Below are positions 1 to 8,717 of a stretch of 60,152 nucleotides of DNA, in pieces. Each line of letters starts with the position of its first letter. The stretch's first letter is position 1. The position numbers were made by a program, and so were the translations under genes. Below the pieces are notes generated by a model. The model worked only from the letters and a program-made list of their open reading frames with translations. It searched no databases and had not been told where the DNA came from. The stretch comes from a virus (taxonomy: Duplodnaviria > Heunggongvirae > Uroviricota > Caudoviricetes), in IMG/VR virus record IMGVR_UViG_3300034355_001008. One strand, 5' to 3'.

Positions 1-859
1 AAATAGAAACATATGCCAATTTAAAATTATCGGCAATCGCTTCTCTTCCTGCATAACCGCGAGGATTGGCTAAAATTTTTGTTTGTCCAATAATATAATC
101 TTGCGGGTGATGAATGTGACCAGAAAACCATGCAATAATATTTGGTCTATCAATAATAAATTGTTCTAAATCTGATGCATAAGCTCCATTAAGTAATTCA
201 TCATGAACGTAACTTGGATGAATTGATTTAAATGATGGCGCGTGATGCGTTACAACTACTACTTTATCTGTTTTCTTAACTATATCAATCCATTCAACAG
301 TTGCATTAAATTGTACAACAGCATCTAACGGAGTCCATCTAGCTCTAGCATCTGTTGGATCCCATGAATCAAAAGCTGTTGATAGTCTATTTTCGTCGTT
401 AGAATTGTCAGAATTGTAAATAATTCTAAAGTCATTCATTGCATAACTAACGCGCTCGATAGTTTCATCATGGCCATTATTCATATCAGTCCATAATGTT
501 GCTCCTAAAAAGGTTACACCGTCAATTACTACGCTTTCTTTTTCTAGGATATGTAAATTTTTAATGTATCCTAAATGTTTTTTTAAATCTTTTAAAGAAT
601 CTTTAATGTTATATCGATAGTGTTCATGGTTACCAAGAACATAAACAATATGTTTAAATTCTTTAGAACAATTTATAAAAAAATCATGTATTCTACCATT
701 TCGTCCATATAATAATTCAAATGGGTCATCTGGATATGGACCAAGTTGACTCACTAAACAAATATCCCCAGCTAAAACTAGTACATCAGCGTTTTCGCTA
801 TTTTTTAGTTTAATCGTATCGAACTCTAGGTGTAGATCATCGCAGTAAGCTATTTTCAT
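1..859 (-). CDS. Calcineurin-like metallophosphoesterase (3' end runs off window)
   Basis: Not in ORF track; manual translation from ATG at 859: MKIAYCDDLHLE...LAGDI...LGNHEHY...VTHHAPS...GHIHH...NPRGY, the typical metallophosphoesterase motifs. Confidence 0.9.
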   Translation of the reverse strand, partial: MKIAYCDDLHLEFDTIKLKNSENADVLVLAGDICLVSQLGPYPDDPFELLYGRNGRIHDFFINCSKEFKHIVYVLGNHEHYRYNIKDSLKDLKKHLGYIKNLHILEKESVVIDGVTFLGATLWTDMNNGHDETIERVSYAMNDFRIIYNSDNSNDENRLSTAFDSWDPTDARARWTPLDAVVQFNATVEWIDIVKKTDKVVVVTHHAPSFKSIHPSYVHDELLNGAYASDLEQFIIDRPNIIAWFSGHIHHPQDYIIGQTKILANPRGYAGREAIADNFKLAYVSI

Positions 860-870
860 AAATCCCCTTG

Positions 871-1092
871 TTAGTCAGCTTTTCTTATTTCTTCCAATGT
901 ATATACTCTATCATGAACAATAGTCATCATACCGATCTTAGTATTTAATATTTTGTAATATGAATTTTTAGTAGAACTATAGATTACACCAGACGCTATT
1001 ATAGCTCCAATAATAATACCATAAATTGCATAAATTAAATTGGTTTTGGTTATGTTCAAATCTATTTTTATTTCGGGTAAATTTTTAATCAT
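871..1092 (-). CDS. Small membrane protein
   Basis: One hydrophobic segment; preceded by early promoter at 1128-1163. Confidence 0.6.
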   Translation of the reverse strand: MIKNLPEIKIDLNITKTNLIYAIYGIIIGAIIASGVIYSSTKNSYYKILNTKIGMMTIVHDRVYTLEEIRKAD

Positions 1093-1127
1093 AATATAAG
1101 TTCTCTCGTCAAGTTTAGTTACAGCCT

Positions 1128-1163
1128 ATTATAATATATATCCTGCAGAATGTCAAGCACTTT
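1128..1163 (-). promoter_or_regulatory. sigma70-type early promoter
   Basis: Minus strand AAAGTGCTTGACA-N17-TATAAT; same motif recurs roughly 40 times in the window by eye. Confidence 0.85.
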
Positions 1164-1183
1164 TTCTAAAAAAGTTTTCCAGC

Positions 1184-1190
1184 CTAAATA
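1184..1190 (+). promoter_or_regulatory. Putative T4-type late promoter (CTAAATA)
   Basis: TAAATA core 36 nt upstream of endolysin ATG. Confidence 0.5.
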
Positions 1191-1226
1191 TAGGTAATGT
1201 TAATCAAATAAATATGGAGTTTAAGT

Positions 1227-2264
1227 ATGTTTAGCGGAATAAAAAACTGGATTGAAGTTGCAAAAACAGTTTCCGAAGTTATAACGGAAAAAAAATTATT
1301 AGAAAAAGAAGGAATAACTTCTACAATGGATGACCTTAAATCTATTGCAGTAGCAAAAGTTAATCCTGCTCCGGTTGAACAACCACAACCTGTTATCGAA
1401 GAAGTTAAGCCAGAACTAGTTGTGGTTAAAACTTCAAAAGTTGAACAAAAACCTACTGGACCTGTTATGGCAGCTAAAGGCGATCCAAAAGTATTTGAAT
1501 TACAAAAACAATTAATCGCTAAAGGTGCAAAAATTACTGCTGATGGTCTTATGGGACCTGCTACTAGAAAAGCTCAACAACAATTTGCTGAAAAACCTGC
1601 TACTCCTGATGCAGCTCCCGCTGCTTGTCATACAGCATCTGCAGGTGATTGCGTTACTGCTGATTTATTGAAAAAATTATTTCCCTCAAATAAAAACTGC
1701 GATGCTCTTTGTACGGCTTTATGTACTATCCTACCAAAATACGAAATTAACACACCAAATAGAATTGCCGCTTTCCTTGCTCAATGCGGTCATGAATCAG
1801 GTGGATTTACAGTTCTACAAGAAAACTTAAATTATTCAGCTGAGGGATTAAGAAAAATCTTTCCTTCTAGATTTGCAACAGTGGCTGCTGCTCAACCATA
1901 CCATAGACAACCAGAAAAAATTGCCAATAAAATTTATTGCGATAGAATGGGTAATGGTCCAGAATCTTCAGGCGAAGGATATAAATTTCGTGGACGCGGA
2001 GCTATTCAGTTAACAGGCAAAGAAAATTATAGTAATTTTGCAAAATCAATTGGTAAATCTCTTGATGAAACAGTTGCTTATTGCGAAACATTAGAGGGAG
2101 CTATCTGTTCAGCAGCATGGTTCTGGACAACTCGTAAACTTAATGTGTGCGCTGATTGTGGTGATATTCTTTCTATGACTAAAAAAATAAATGGCGGGAC
2201 TATTGGAATCGAAGACCGCAAGAAACATTACGAACACGCGTTATATGAAATTAAAAAGAGTTAA
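1227..2264 (+). CDS. GH19 endolysin with peptidoglycan-binding domain
   Basis: HESGGF...ENLNYS, GRGAIQLTGKENY and INGG GH19 motifs; LQKQL...ADGLMGPATRKA resembles PG_binding_1. Confidence 0.92.
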   Translation: MFSGIKNWIEVAKTVSEVITEKKLLEKEGITSTMDDLKSIAVAKVNPAPVEQPQPVIEEVKPELVVVKTSKVEQKPTGPVMAAKGDPKVFELQKQLIAKGAKITADGLMGPATRKAQQQFAEKPATPDAAPAACHTASAGDCVTADLLKKLFPSNKNCDALCTALCTILPKYEINTPNRIAAFLAQCGHESGGFTVLQENLNYSAEGLRKIFPSRFATVAAAQPYHRQPEKIANKIYCDRMGNGPESSGEGYKFRGRGAIQLTGKENYSNFAKSIGKSLDETVAYCETLEGAICSAAWFWTTRKLNVCADCGDILSMTKKINGGTIGIEDRKKHYEHALYEIKKS

Positions 2265-2266
2265 TT

Positions 2267-2560
2267 ATGGACGTTCAAATTCCAGCAAATTTTGATTATT
2301 TTGGTTTAATAGAAGAGGTTGGTTTTCCAATCACTCTTGCTATGGTTTGCGGTTGGTTTATTATGCAGGCTATGGAATTGGTATTAGGCAGTGTTGTTAA
2401 ATCAATTAAAAAATTAACAGGTTTAATTCGTTCAATGGATGGAAGAGTTCGTCAAATGAATACTGATGTATTAGAATTGGATGGATTAGTTTCTGGTTCG
2501 TTAATGGTTGACCCATTACCTGAAAATAGTTATTATACAATTAATCAGGAGGATAAATGA
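2267..2560 (+). CDS. Small membrane/coiled-coil protein
   Basis: GFPI-led TM helix plus coiled coil; resembles next two ORFs. Confidence 0.7.
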   Translation: MDVQIPANFDYFGLIEEVGFPITLAMVCGWFIMQAMELVLGSVVKSIKKLTGLIRSMDGRVRQMNTDVLELDGLVSGSLMVDPLPENSYYTINQEDK

Positions 2561-2841
2561 ATCCGGAATATGTAAAATTTTTTACAGATGTATTGGCTCC
2601 GACATTAGCGAGTTGTGTTGCAGGAAGTTTTATTTTTACTGCATTAAAATTTGTATTAAAAGATGTTATTGCAGCAGTTAATATTTTAGCGATTAGCGTT
2701 AAAGCATTAGAAAATAGGGTTAGATCTAGTTCACACGAATTAATTAAAATAGATGTAACAATTTCTTCAGTTTTAGGTTTACGTCCAGATTTAGAACGTA
2801 TTTCCAGAGCTGATGGAAAAAATGACGCAAGAAAAGATTAA
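2557..2841 (+). CDS. Small membrane/coiled-coil protein
   Basis: N-terminal TM plus coiled coil; 4-nt overlap with previous ORF. Confidence 0.7.
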   Translation: MNPEYVKFFTDVLAPTLASCVAGSFIFTALKFVLKDVIAAVNILAISVKALENRVRSSSHELIKIDVTISSVLGLRPDLERISRADGKNDARKD

Positions 2842-2853
2842 AAGGAAAAAATT

Positions 2854-3126
2854 ATGGGTGAAATAGGAGATTTAATATCTAAATACGGATTTCCAATTGT
2901 AGCAGCAGGTTACATGTTAAAGATGGTAAAATATGTTTGGTCATATACCATCGATGAAATTAATCCAGTATTAGGGGAAGCAAGTAAAGAGTTGATTGCT
3001 CTTATCGATCGTATTAGATTATTAGATAATGATTTACTACGTTTAACTGCTAAATTAAACACAGTTCTTCAAATGCGAGAACAGCAACAAGATCCAGTAG
3101 CAAAAAGAAATAATAGACAGAGATAA
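2854..3126 (+). CDS. Small membrane/coiled-coil protein
   Basis: YGFPIVAA TM followed by IDRIRLLDNDLLRL coiled coil. Confidence 0.7.
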   Translation: MGEIGDLISKYGFPIVAAGYMLKMVKYVWSYTIDEINPVLGEASKELIALIDRIRLLDNDLLRLTAKLNTVLQMREQQQDPVAKRNNRQR

Positions 3127-3129
3127 TAT

Positions 3130-3573
3130 ATGAAAAAATATTTACAATTATTTTTCATTATGTGTTTTTCAGTAGGAGTTAATGCAACACCATTGACGTT
3201 TGAATTTAAAGATCCATCATTTTCAGGAAATGGTTGGTCGGCTCAGGTTATAACTTTAGAACAAATTGAAGCGCAACGTAAACAAAAAATTAAAGACGAT
3301 CAATCGGCAGCAATTGCTAAAGCCGAAGTTGCTGCAAATAATAGCAATTTATCTAAATTTTTAGTTAATGTTGAATCTAGAATTTATGCTCAATTATCAA
3401 AACAATTAACTGATCAACTGTTTTCTGATACAGGAGCAACATCAGGGACAATGGATTTTCAAGGAACATCAATTAATTGGATTAAAACAGCTAATGATGT
3501 TACATTAACAATTATGGAAACAAACGGTAATACAACAGATATTACTGTGCCAATAGGACAATTCGGATTCTAA
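3130..3573 (+). CDS. csgF: Curli assembly protein CsgF-like
   Basis: Signal peptide, LTFEFKDPSFSGNG N-terminal motif, ESRIYAQLS; directly upstream of csgG-like gene. Confidence 0.82.
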   Translation: MKKYLQLFFIMCFSVGVNATPLTFEFKDPSFSGNGWSAQVITLEQIEAQRKQKIKDDQSAAIAKAEVAANNSNLSKFLVNVESRIYAQLSKQLTDQLFSDTGATSGTMDFQGTSINWIKTANDVTLTIMETNGNTTDITVPIGQFGF

Positions 3574-3574
3574 T

Positions 3575-4369
3575 ATGAAATATATTATTTTATCATTATT
3601 TTTATTACTTTCTGGTTGTTCACAACTTGCTCTAGAATTAGCAGCAGAAGAACCAGTTTCTGTTAAACCAAGAGCAAATCTATCAGAAAAACTTCCTTTT
3701 CTTGAAGGGGATTCAATTCCTATTTCTGTGTACGAATTTACCGATAAAACTGGGCAACGTAAACCGTCTGATAAATTAGCTCAATTATCAACAGCTGTTC
3801 CACAAGGCGCAGAATCTTTTGTTATTAAAGCTCTACAAGATTCAAAAAATTGGTTTAAAGTTGTTGAACGCGTCGGTTTAGATAGTTTAGTTAAAGAACG
3901 TCAATTAATTAGAAATCAAAGAGAAGTTTACGAAAAAACTGAAGCAAAACCATTAACTCCATTGATGGTTAGCGGATTAATAGTAACAGGAAGTATATCT
4001 GGTTACGATTCTGACATAAGATCTGGCGGTATTGGTTTACGATTATTTAAATTAGGTTTTACTGATGAATATCGTGTAGATAAAATTACTATTTCAATGA
4101 GAGTTATCTCAGTTGCAACTGGAGAAGTTTTGTTATCGGTAATAACAACAAAAACAATTTATAGTTTTGCCTCAGGTGGCGGAGCTATGATGTTTATTGG
4201 AACTGGTAATGTAACTGCTCTTGAAGCGGAAGTTGGTGATGCTGTTAATGAACCAATCACCGAAGGAGTTAGAGTAGCTATTGAAGATAGTGTTTATTCC
4301 ATGATACTTGAAGGTGAAAAGAAAGGTCTCTGGAAATTTAAAAAAGAAATGCAACCATTCCGCATATAA
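3575..4369 (+). CDS. csgG: Curli secretion channel CsgG-like lipoprotein
   Basis: Lipobox LLSGC; SVYEFTDKTGQRKP, STAVPQGA, WFKVVERVGLDSLVKERQLIR. Confidence 0.93.
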   Translation: MKYIILSLFLLLSGCSQLALELAAEEPVSVKPRANLSEKLPFLEGDSIPISVYEFTDKTGQRKPSDKLAQLSTAVPQGAESFVIKALQDSKNWFKVVERVGLDSLVKERQLIRNQREVYEKTEAKPLTPLMVSGLIVTGSISGYDSDIRSGGIGLRLFKLGFTDEYRVDKITISMRVISVATGEVLLSVITTKTIYSFASGGGAMMFIGTGNVTALEAEVGDAVNEPITEGVRVAIEDSVYSMILEGEKKGLWKFKKEMQPFRI

Positions 4370-4380
4370 AGGAAAAATAA

Positions 4381-5016
4381 ATGAAAAAAATACAAATATA
4401 TTTAATTATGTTTGTTATGCTTTTTGCTAAATCTGTATTAGCTAGTGACGTTTTTATTGAACAAATTGGAAGTTCTTCTGAAATTAAAGTAACTCAACAA
4501 GGAACTTCAAATAGAATAGGTAGTTCTTTAACTCCTTCGTTTTTTGGTGGAGATAGTAGTAAATTTACAATTGAACAAGTTGGCGCTGTTAATGAATTGG
4601 ATTTATTAATTAATGGTAACAATACAAATGTAACATTAGAAACATATGGTGCTGGTAATATCGAAAGTATTATTTGCGGAAGTAAAACTACACCAAATTC
4701 TTGCGATAATTCTACAATCGATTATACAATATCAGGTAATAATAATAAAATTACTACAAATTTAGGAGCTGCTGATAAATCTGCTACAAGTAAAATGAAT
4801 ATTTCCGGTAATAATAATATTGTTACTCATACAGGGACTCATACAAGTACTCTTGGTAGTAAAATATCGGCAGATTTAACTCTTATCGGAAATTCAAATA
4901 AAATTGATATGACTCAATCAGGAAGTTTGGATGAAAACATTAAAGTCACCAGCACAGGTAACAACAATAACATTAGCATTACTCAGTCTTCTGTTATTAC
5001 TTTACTCGCCCCGTAG
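4381..5016 (+). CDS. Curlin-like secreted repeat protein
   Basis: Signal peptide then repeated Q/I-x-G-x-x-N units (IEQIGSSS, TQQGTSN, IEQVGAVN, ISGNNN); follows csgF/csgG. Confidence 0.7.
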   Translation: MKKIQIYLIMFVMLFAKSVLASDVFIEQIGSSSEIKVTQQGTSNRIGSSLTPSFFGGDSSKFTIEQVGAVNELDLLINGNNTNVTLETYGAGNIESIICGSKTTPNSCDNSTIDYTISGNNNKITTNLGAADKSATSKMNISGNNNIVTHTGTHTSTLGSKISADLTLIGNSNKIDMTQSGSLDENIKVTSTGNNNNISITQSSVITLLAP

Positions 5017-6010
5017 TTTTGGAGCAATTGGTAAAGTTTCTGAACAAACTGGAGTAGCTGAAATACAGCGAAATAAACAATCGCTACCAAGTGCTGTTAA
5101 TACAGAAATTGAATCTATGGATGTCGTGGTTACTGCAAAAGGTAAACTCGACATTACTTTTAATGATAATACCAAAGTTTCCGTTGGCGAACAAAGTAAA
5201 CTTGTAATTGACGATTTTGTTTATGACGCTAAAAAATCCACAGGAAAACTTGGATTAAAAATTGCATTAGGAACTGTTCGTTATGCCTCTGGACAAATAG
5301 CAAAACATAATCCACAAAATGTTGGAATACAAACTCCAACGGCTACCGTTGCTGTTCGTGGTACAGATTTTTCTACAACAGTAGATGAATTAGGTCAAAG
5401 TACATTTATTCTGTTACCAAGTTGCGATTTATCTGGTTGCGTAACAGGAGCTATTGAAGTTTCTACAGATGCAGGTTTTGTTTTATTAAACCAAGCATTT
5501 CAATCAACTACTGTTTCTGATAAAACAAATTCTCCATCAAAACCAACTATAATTAATATTGATCCATTAAATATTAACAATAGCTTAATTGTATCTTCTC
5601 CAGTAAAAGCCGCTGACACAACAGTAACAGTTCAACAAATAAAAACTGGATTAGATGTTAATTTTCTTGATCAAGATTTTTTAACGTACAAACAATTAAG
5701 TATCAATTTATTAGATGTAAAAACTGATTTAGATAAAAATAAATTAGATGAAAAATTATTAACAAATGCATTAGACGAACCGATTGATGATATTAGTGAT
5801 ACGCTACCTGGATATGATGAAAAAACAAATTTAAAATATAATACAAATGGAAAAGCATTAGTTCTTGATAAAGAAGCAACCAAAAATAAATTTCAATTAA
5901 AAGTAGATAAAAATGCAGATGCAACTTTAAAATTAAATCAAGAAGGAACTGTTTTAACTCAAAATATTAACATGGGTACAACCACGAAAATAGATATTAC
6001 ACAAAAATAA
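4931..6010 (+). CDS. FecR-domain periplasmic protein
   Basis: Signal peptide; ITFNDNTKVSVGEQSKLVIDDFVYD, GTVRYASG, TPTATVAVRGTDF. Confidence 0.88.
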   Translation: MKTLKSPAQVTTITLALLSLLLLLYSPRSFGAIGKVSEQTGVAEIQRNKQSLPSAVNTEIESMDVVVTAKGKLDITFNDNTKVSVGEQSKLVIDDFVYDAKKSTGKLGLKIALGTVRYASGQIAKHNPQNVGIQTPTATVAVRGTDFSTTVDELGQSTFILLPSCDLSGCVTGAIEVSTDAGFVLLNQAFQSTTVSDKTNSPSKPTIINIDPLNINNSLIVSSPVKAADTTVTVQQIKTGLDVNFLDQDFLTYKQLSINLLDVKTDLDKNKLDEKLLTNALDEPIDDISDTLPGYDEKTNLKYNTNGKALVLDKEATKNKFQLKVDKNADATLKLNQEGTVLTQNINMGTTTKIDITQK

Positions 6011-6013
6011 TAT

Positions 6014-6763
6014 ATGGATAAAAAATACCAAAGCATTTTTATTAGCGATATACATTTAGGAACAAAAGATTCTAAAGCAATTGAATTAATTGATTTTTTA
6101 AAAAATAATACTTGCAATAAATTGTATCTTGTTGGAGATATAATTGATGGATGGAAAATACAACAAAATAAACTTAAATGGAAACCTAGTCATACAAAAT
6201 TAATTCATAAATTTTTATCTTTATCGAGGAAAGGAACTGAGGTAATATACATAACAGGGAATCATGATGAATTTATTAGACCAATGGTTAATCTTAACGT
6301 CACCTTTGGTAAAATTTCAATTCATAATCAATATGAACATAATGGAATTGATGGTAAACGCTATTTGGTAACTCATGGAGATTTATTTGATGGAATTACT
6401 AGACTTGCTCCATGGTTAAGTTTTCTTGGAGATAAAGGCTATGATTTAATTTTATCATTAAATAATAAATTTAATTGGGTAAGACATAAATTGGGATTTG
6501 GTTATTGGAGCCTAAGTAAATATTTAAAACATAAAGTTAAAAAAGCTGTCGATTTTATGTTCCAGTTCGAAATAAATTTAACAGACTATTGCAAAAAACG
6601 TGGATATGACGGCGTTATCTGCGGACACATTCATCACGCGGAAATAAAAAAAATTAATGGTGTAACATATATGAATGATGGAGATTGGGTAGAATCATTA
6701 ACGGCTTTAGTCGAACATCATGATGGTAGATGGGAAATTATAACATATAGTAAGGAGGAATAA
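6014..6763 (+). CDS. plcP: PlcP-like phospholipase C (LpxH2-type metallophosphoesterase)
   Basis: FISDIHLG, LVGDIIDGW, GNHDE, HGDLFD, YWSLSKYLKHKVKKAV, VICGHIHHAE, NDGDWVES match the PlcP subfamily; adjacent GT4 gene. Confidence 0.8.
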   Translation: MDKKYQSIFISDIHLGTKDSKAIELIDFLKNNTCNKLYLVGDIIDGWKIQQNKLKWKPSHTKLIHKFLSLSRKGTEVIYITGNHDEFIRPMVNLNVTFGKISIHNQYEHNGIDGKRYLVTHGDLFDGITRLAPWLSFLGDKGYDLILSLNNKFNWVRHKLGFGYWSLSKYLKHKVKKAVDFMFQFEINLTDYCKKRGYDGVICGHIHHAEIKKINGVTYMNDGDWVESLTALVEHHDGRWEIITYSKEE

Positions 6764-6930
6764 TGTATATTTTAGTGGCATTACAAGCAGTAGCAGCATT
6801 AGGAACTAGTCTTTTTTGGCAACCAATTGGCGATTTTAGTTCGTATGAATCTTGTAAAATGGCAATGGAACAATTACATAAATCAAAAGAGCATAGAGAA
6901 GGTGAAATGTATGTTTGCCTAAAAAAATAA
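6763..6930 (+). CDS. 55-aa hypothetical protein
   Basis: Not in track; AGGAGG RBS, MYILVALQAV...YESCKMA...VCLKK, fills the gap exactly. Confidence 0.65.
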   Translation: MYILVALQAVAALGTSLFWQPIGDFSSYESCKMAMEQLHKSKEHREGEMYVCLKK

Positions 6931-6931
6931 T

Positions 6932-7933
6932 ATGAAAAAAACTATCTTAATAATAACAGACAATTTACCGAACCAAATTAATGGCGTGGTAACTACATTT
7001 AATAATTTAAAACTTGTTGGCGAACAAGAGGAGTTTACTTTTGAATTTATAACTCCTCTAGATTTTAAACATATTAATATGCCAAAATATCCAGAAGTTA
7101 AATTAAGTTTTCCTTTTGGATTAACTAAGAAAATTAAAAAAATAAATCCAGATTTTATTCATATAGCAACAGAAGGTACTATTGGAATTGCAGCTAAATT
7201 GGCGTGTAAGAAAAATAAATGGAAATATAACACGAGTTATCACACGAATTTCCCAGAATTCGCTAAAAAGATTTACGGAATGCCAGAAAAAATTACATAC
7301 AAATTTTTACGTTGGTTTCATAATCGTTCTTATAAAGTTTTAACAACAACCAATACTATGGTTCAAGAATTAAAATCTAATGGATTTAAATGTGATGTTA
7401 TTTCATGGACTAGAGGTATTAATAGAGAAGAATTAACTCCAACTAAACCAAAAGAAAATAGAGAACAAATTATATTGTTATCTGTTGGTAGGGTTTCTAA
7501 AGAAAAAAATTTAGATGTATTATGTCAATTATCAACTAATCCGCAATATCACATTCAAATTGTCGGAGATGGTCCATATAGAAAAAAACTTGAAAAAAAA
7601 TACCCATTGGTAGAATTTGTTGGTTATAAATCTGGATCAGAATTAGCCGATTATTATGTTAATGCTGATGTATTTTGCTTTCCAAGTAAAACCGATACAT
7701 TTGGAATTGTAATGATTGAAGCAATGTCATTGGGATGCCCTGTAGCTGGATATCCAGTTGCTGGTCCAATTGATGTTATTGAATCTGATGTTAATGGTTA
7801 CATGGATGAAAATTTTGAAAACGCTATATTAAAATGTTTATCTCTTGATAGACATAAAGTTTATGTTAGCTCATTCAAATGGACTTGGGAAAATTGCTGG
7901 AAAATATTTAAAGAAAATCTTGTTCATAAATAA
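6932..7933 (+). CDS. GT4 glycosyltransferase (Agt-like glycolipid synthase)
   Basis: QINGVVTT, IHIATEG, YHTNFPEF, VGRVSKEKN, GDGP, FPSKTDTFGIVMIEAMSLG. Confidence 0.88.
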   Translation: MKKTILIITDNLPNQINGVVTTFNNLKLVGEQEEFTFEFITPLDFKHINMPKYPEVKLSFPFGLTKKIKKINPDFIHIATEGTIGIAAKLACKKNKWKYNTSYHTNFPEFAKKIYGMPEKITYKFLRWFHNRSYKVLTTTNTMVQELKSNGFKCDVISWTRGINREELTPTKPKENREQIILLSVGRVSKEKNLDVLCQLSTNPQYHIQIVGDGPYRKKLEKKYPLVEFVGYKSGSELADYYVNADVFCFPSKTDTFGIVMIEAMSLGCPVAGYPVAGPIDVIESDVNGYMDENFENAILKCLSLDRHKVYVSSFKWTWENCWKIFKENLVHK

Positions 7934-7958
7934 TGTTTTAATCTAACTTAAGGTAATC

Positions 7959-8717
7959 ATGAAAAAAATTGTTTTAGCTTTATGTCTTTTATTTTCTACA
8001 GCTGTTTTTGCAAATCCAATCGATGACAAATGTTCTCATTTTGCAACTTGGGGTGCTCCGCAAATTAAAACTGAAGGCGATAATCAATATATCTGCAAAA
8101 CCGGATATGCTGTTAACCTAAACTATAAAACCAAAGTTCCGTATTTTGTTATTGAACATATCACAGCTGACCACCTAAAAAAATCAGTTGGTAGAAAAGA
8201 TGATTTTCGCGAAGATGCTGAAGTTCCTGCTGAATACCGTGTAACATTAAAAGATTATGTTGGTTCTAACTTAGATCGTGGACACATGGCACCCGCAGCA
8301 GATTTCGTTTATGATGCTAAAGTAATGAGCGAATCATTTTTCCTTGATAACATGATGCCTCAAAGTCAACCATTAAATCGCGGAGCATGGAAATTACTTG
8401 AAGAAAAAACCCGCGACCTAGTTGCTCATGGCGATGTTTATGCTATTACCGGAACAATTTATGAGGGCGAATACAAAACTATTGGAAATAAAGTTGGAGT
8501 TCCTACTCATATTTACAAAGTAATTATTCAACCAAGCAAAGAACGAATGGTTGCATTTTTATTCCCTAATGAAAAAGTCGACCCAAAACAATTGGCAAAA
8601 TATATTGTTCCTGTTGCTGATTTAGAAGTTAAAGTTGGTGTTGATTTTTCTCCGGCAATTCCAGAAAATTTAAAAGCATTAGAAGCAGTGGCAGCGAAAT
8701 ATGAAGATTGGTTCTAA
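7959..8717 (+). CDS. Secreted DNA/RNA non-specific endonuclease (NucA-like)
   Basis: Signal peptide; DRGHMAPAAD, NMMPQ...LNRGAWKLLE. Confidence 0.93.
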   Translation: MKKIVLALCLLFSTAVFANPIDDKCSHFATWGAPQIKTEGDNQYICKTGYAVNLNYKTKVPYFVIEHITADHLKKSVGRKDDFREDAEVPAEYRVTLKDYVGSNLDRGHMAPAADFVYDAKVMSESFFLDNMMPQSQPLNRGAWKLLEEKTRDLVAHGDVYAITGTIYEGEYKTIGNKVGVPTHIYKVIIQPSKERMVAFLFPNEKVDPKQLAKYIVPVADLEVKVGVDFSPAIPENLKALEAVAAKYEDWF

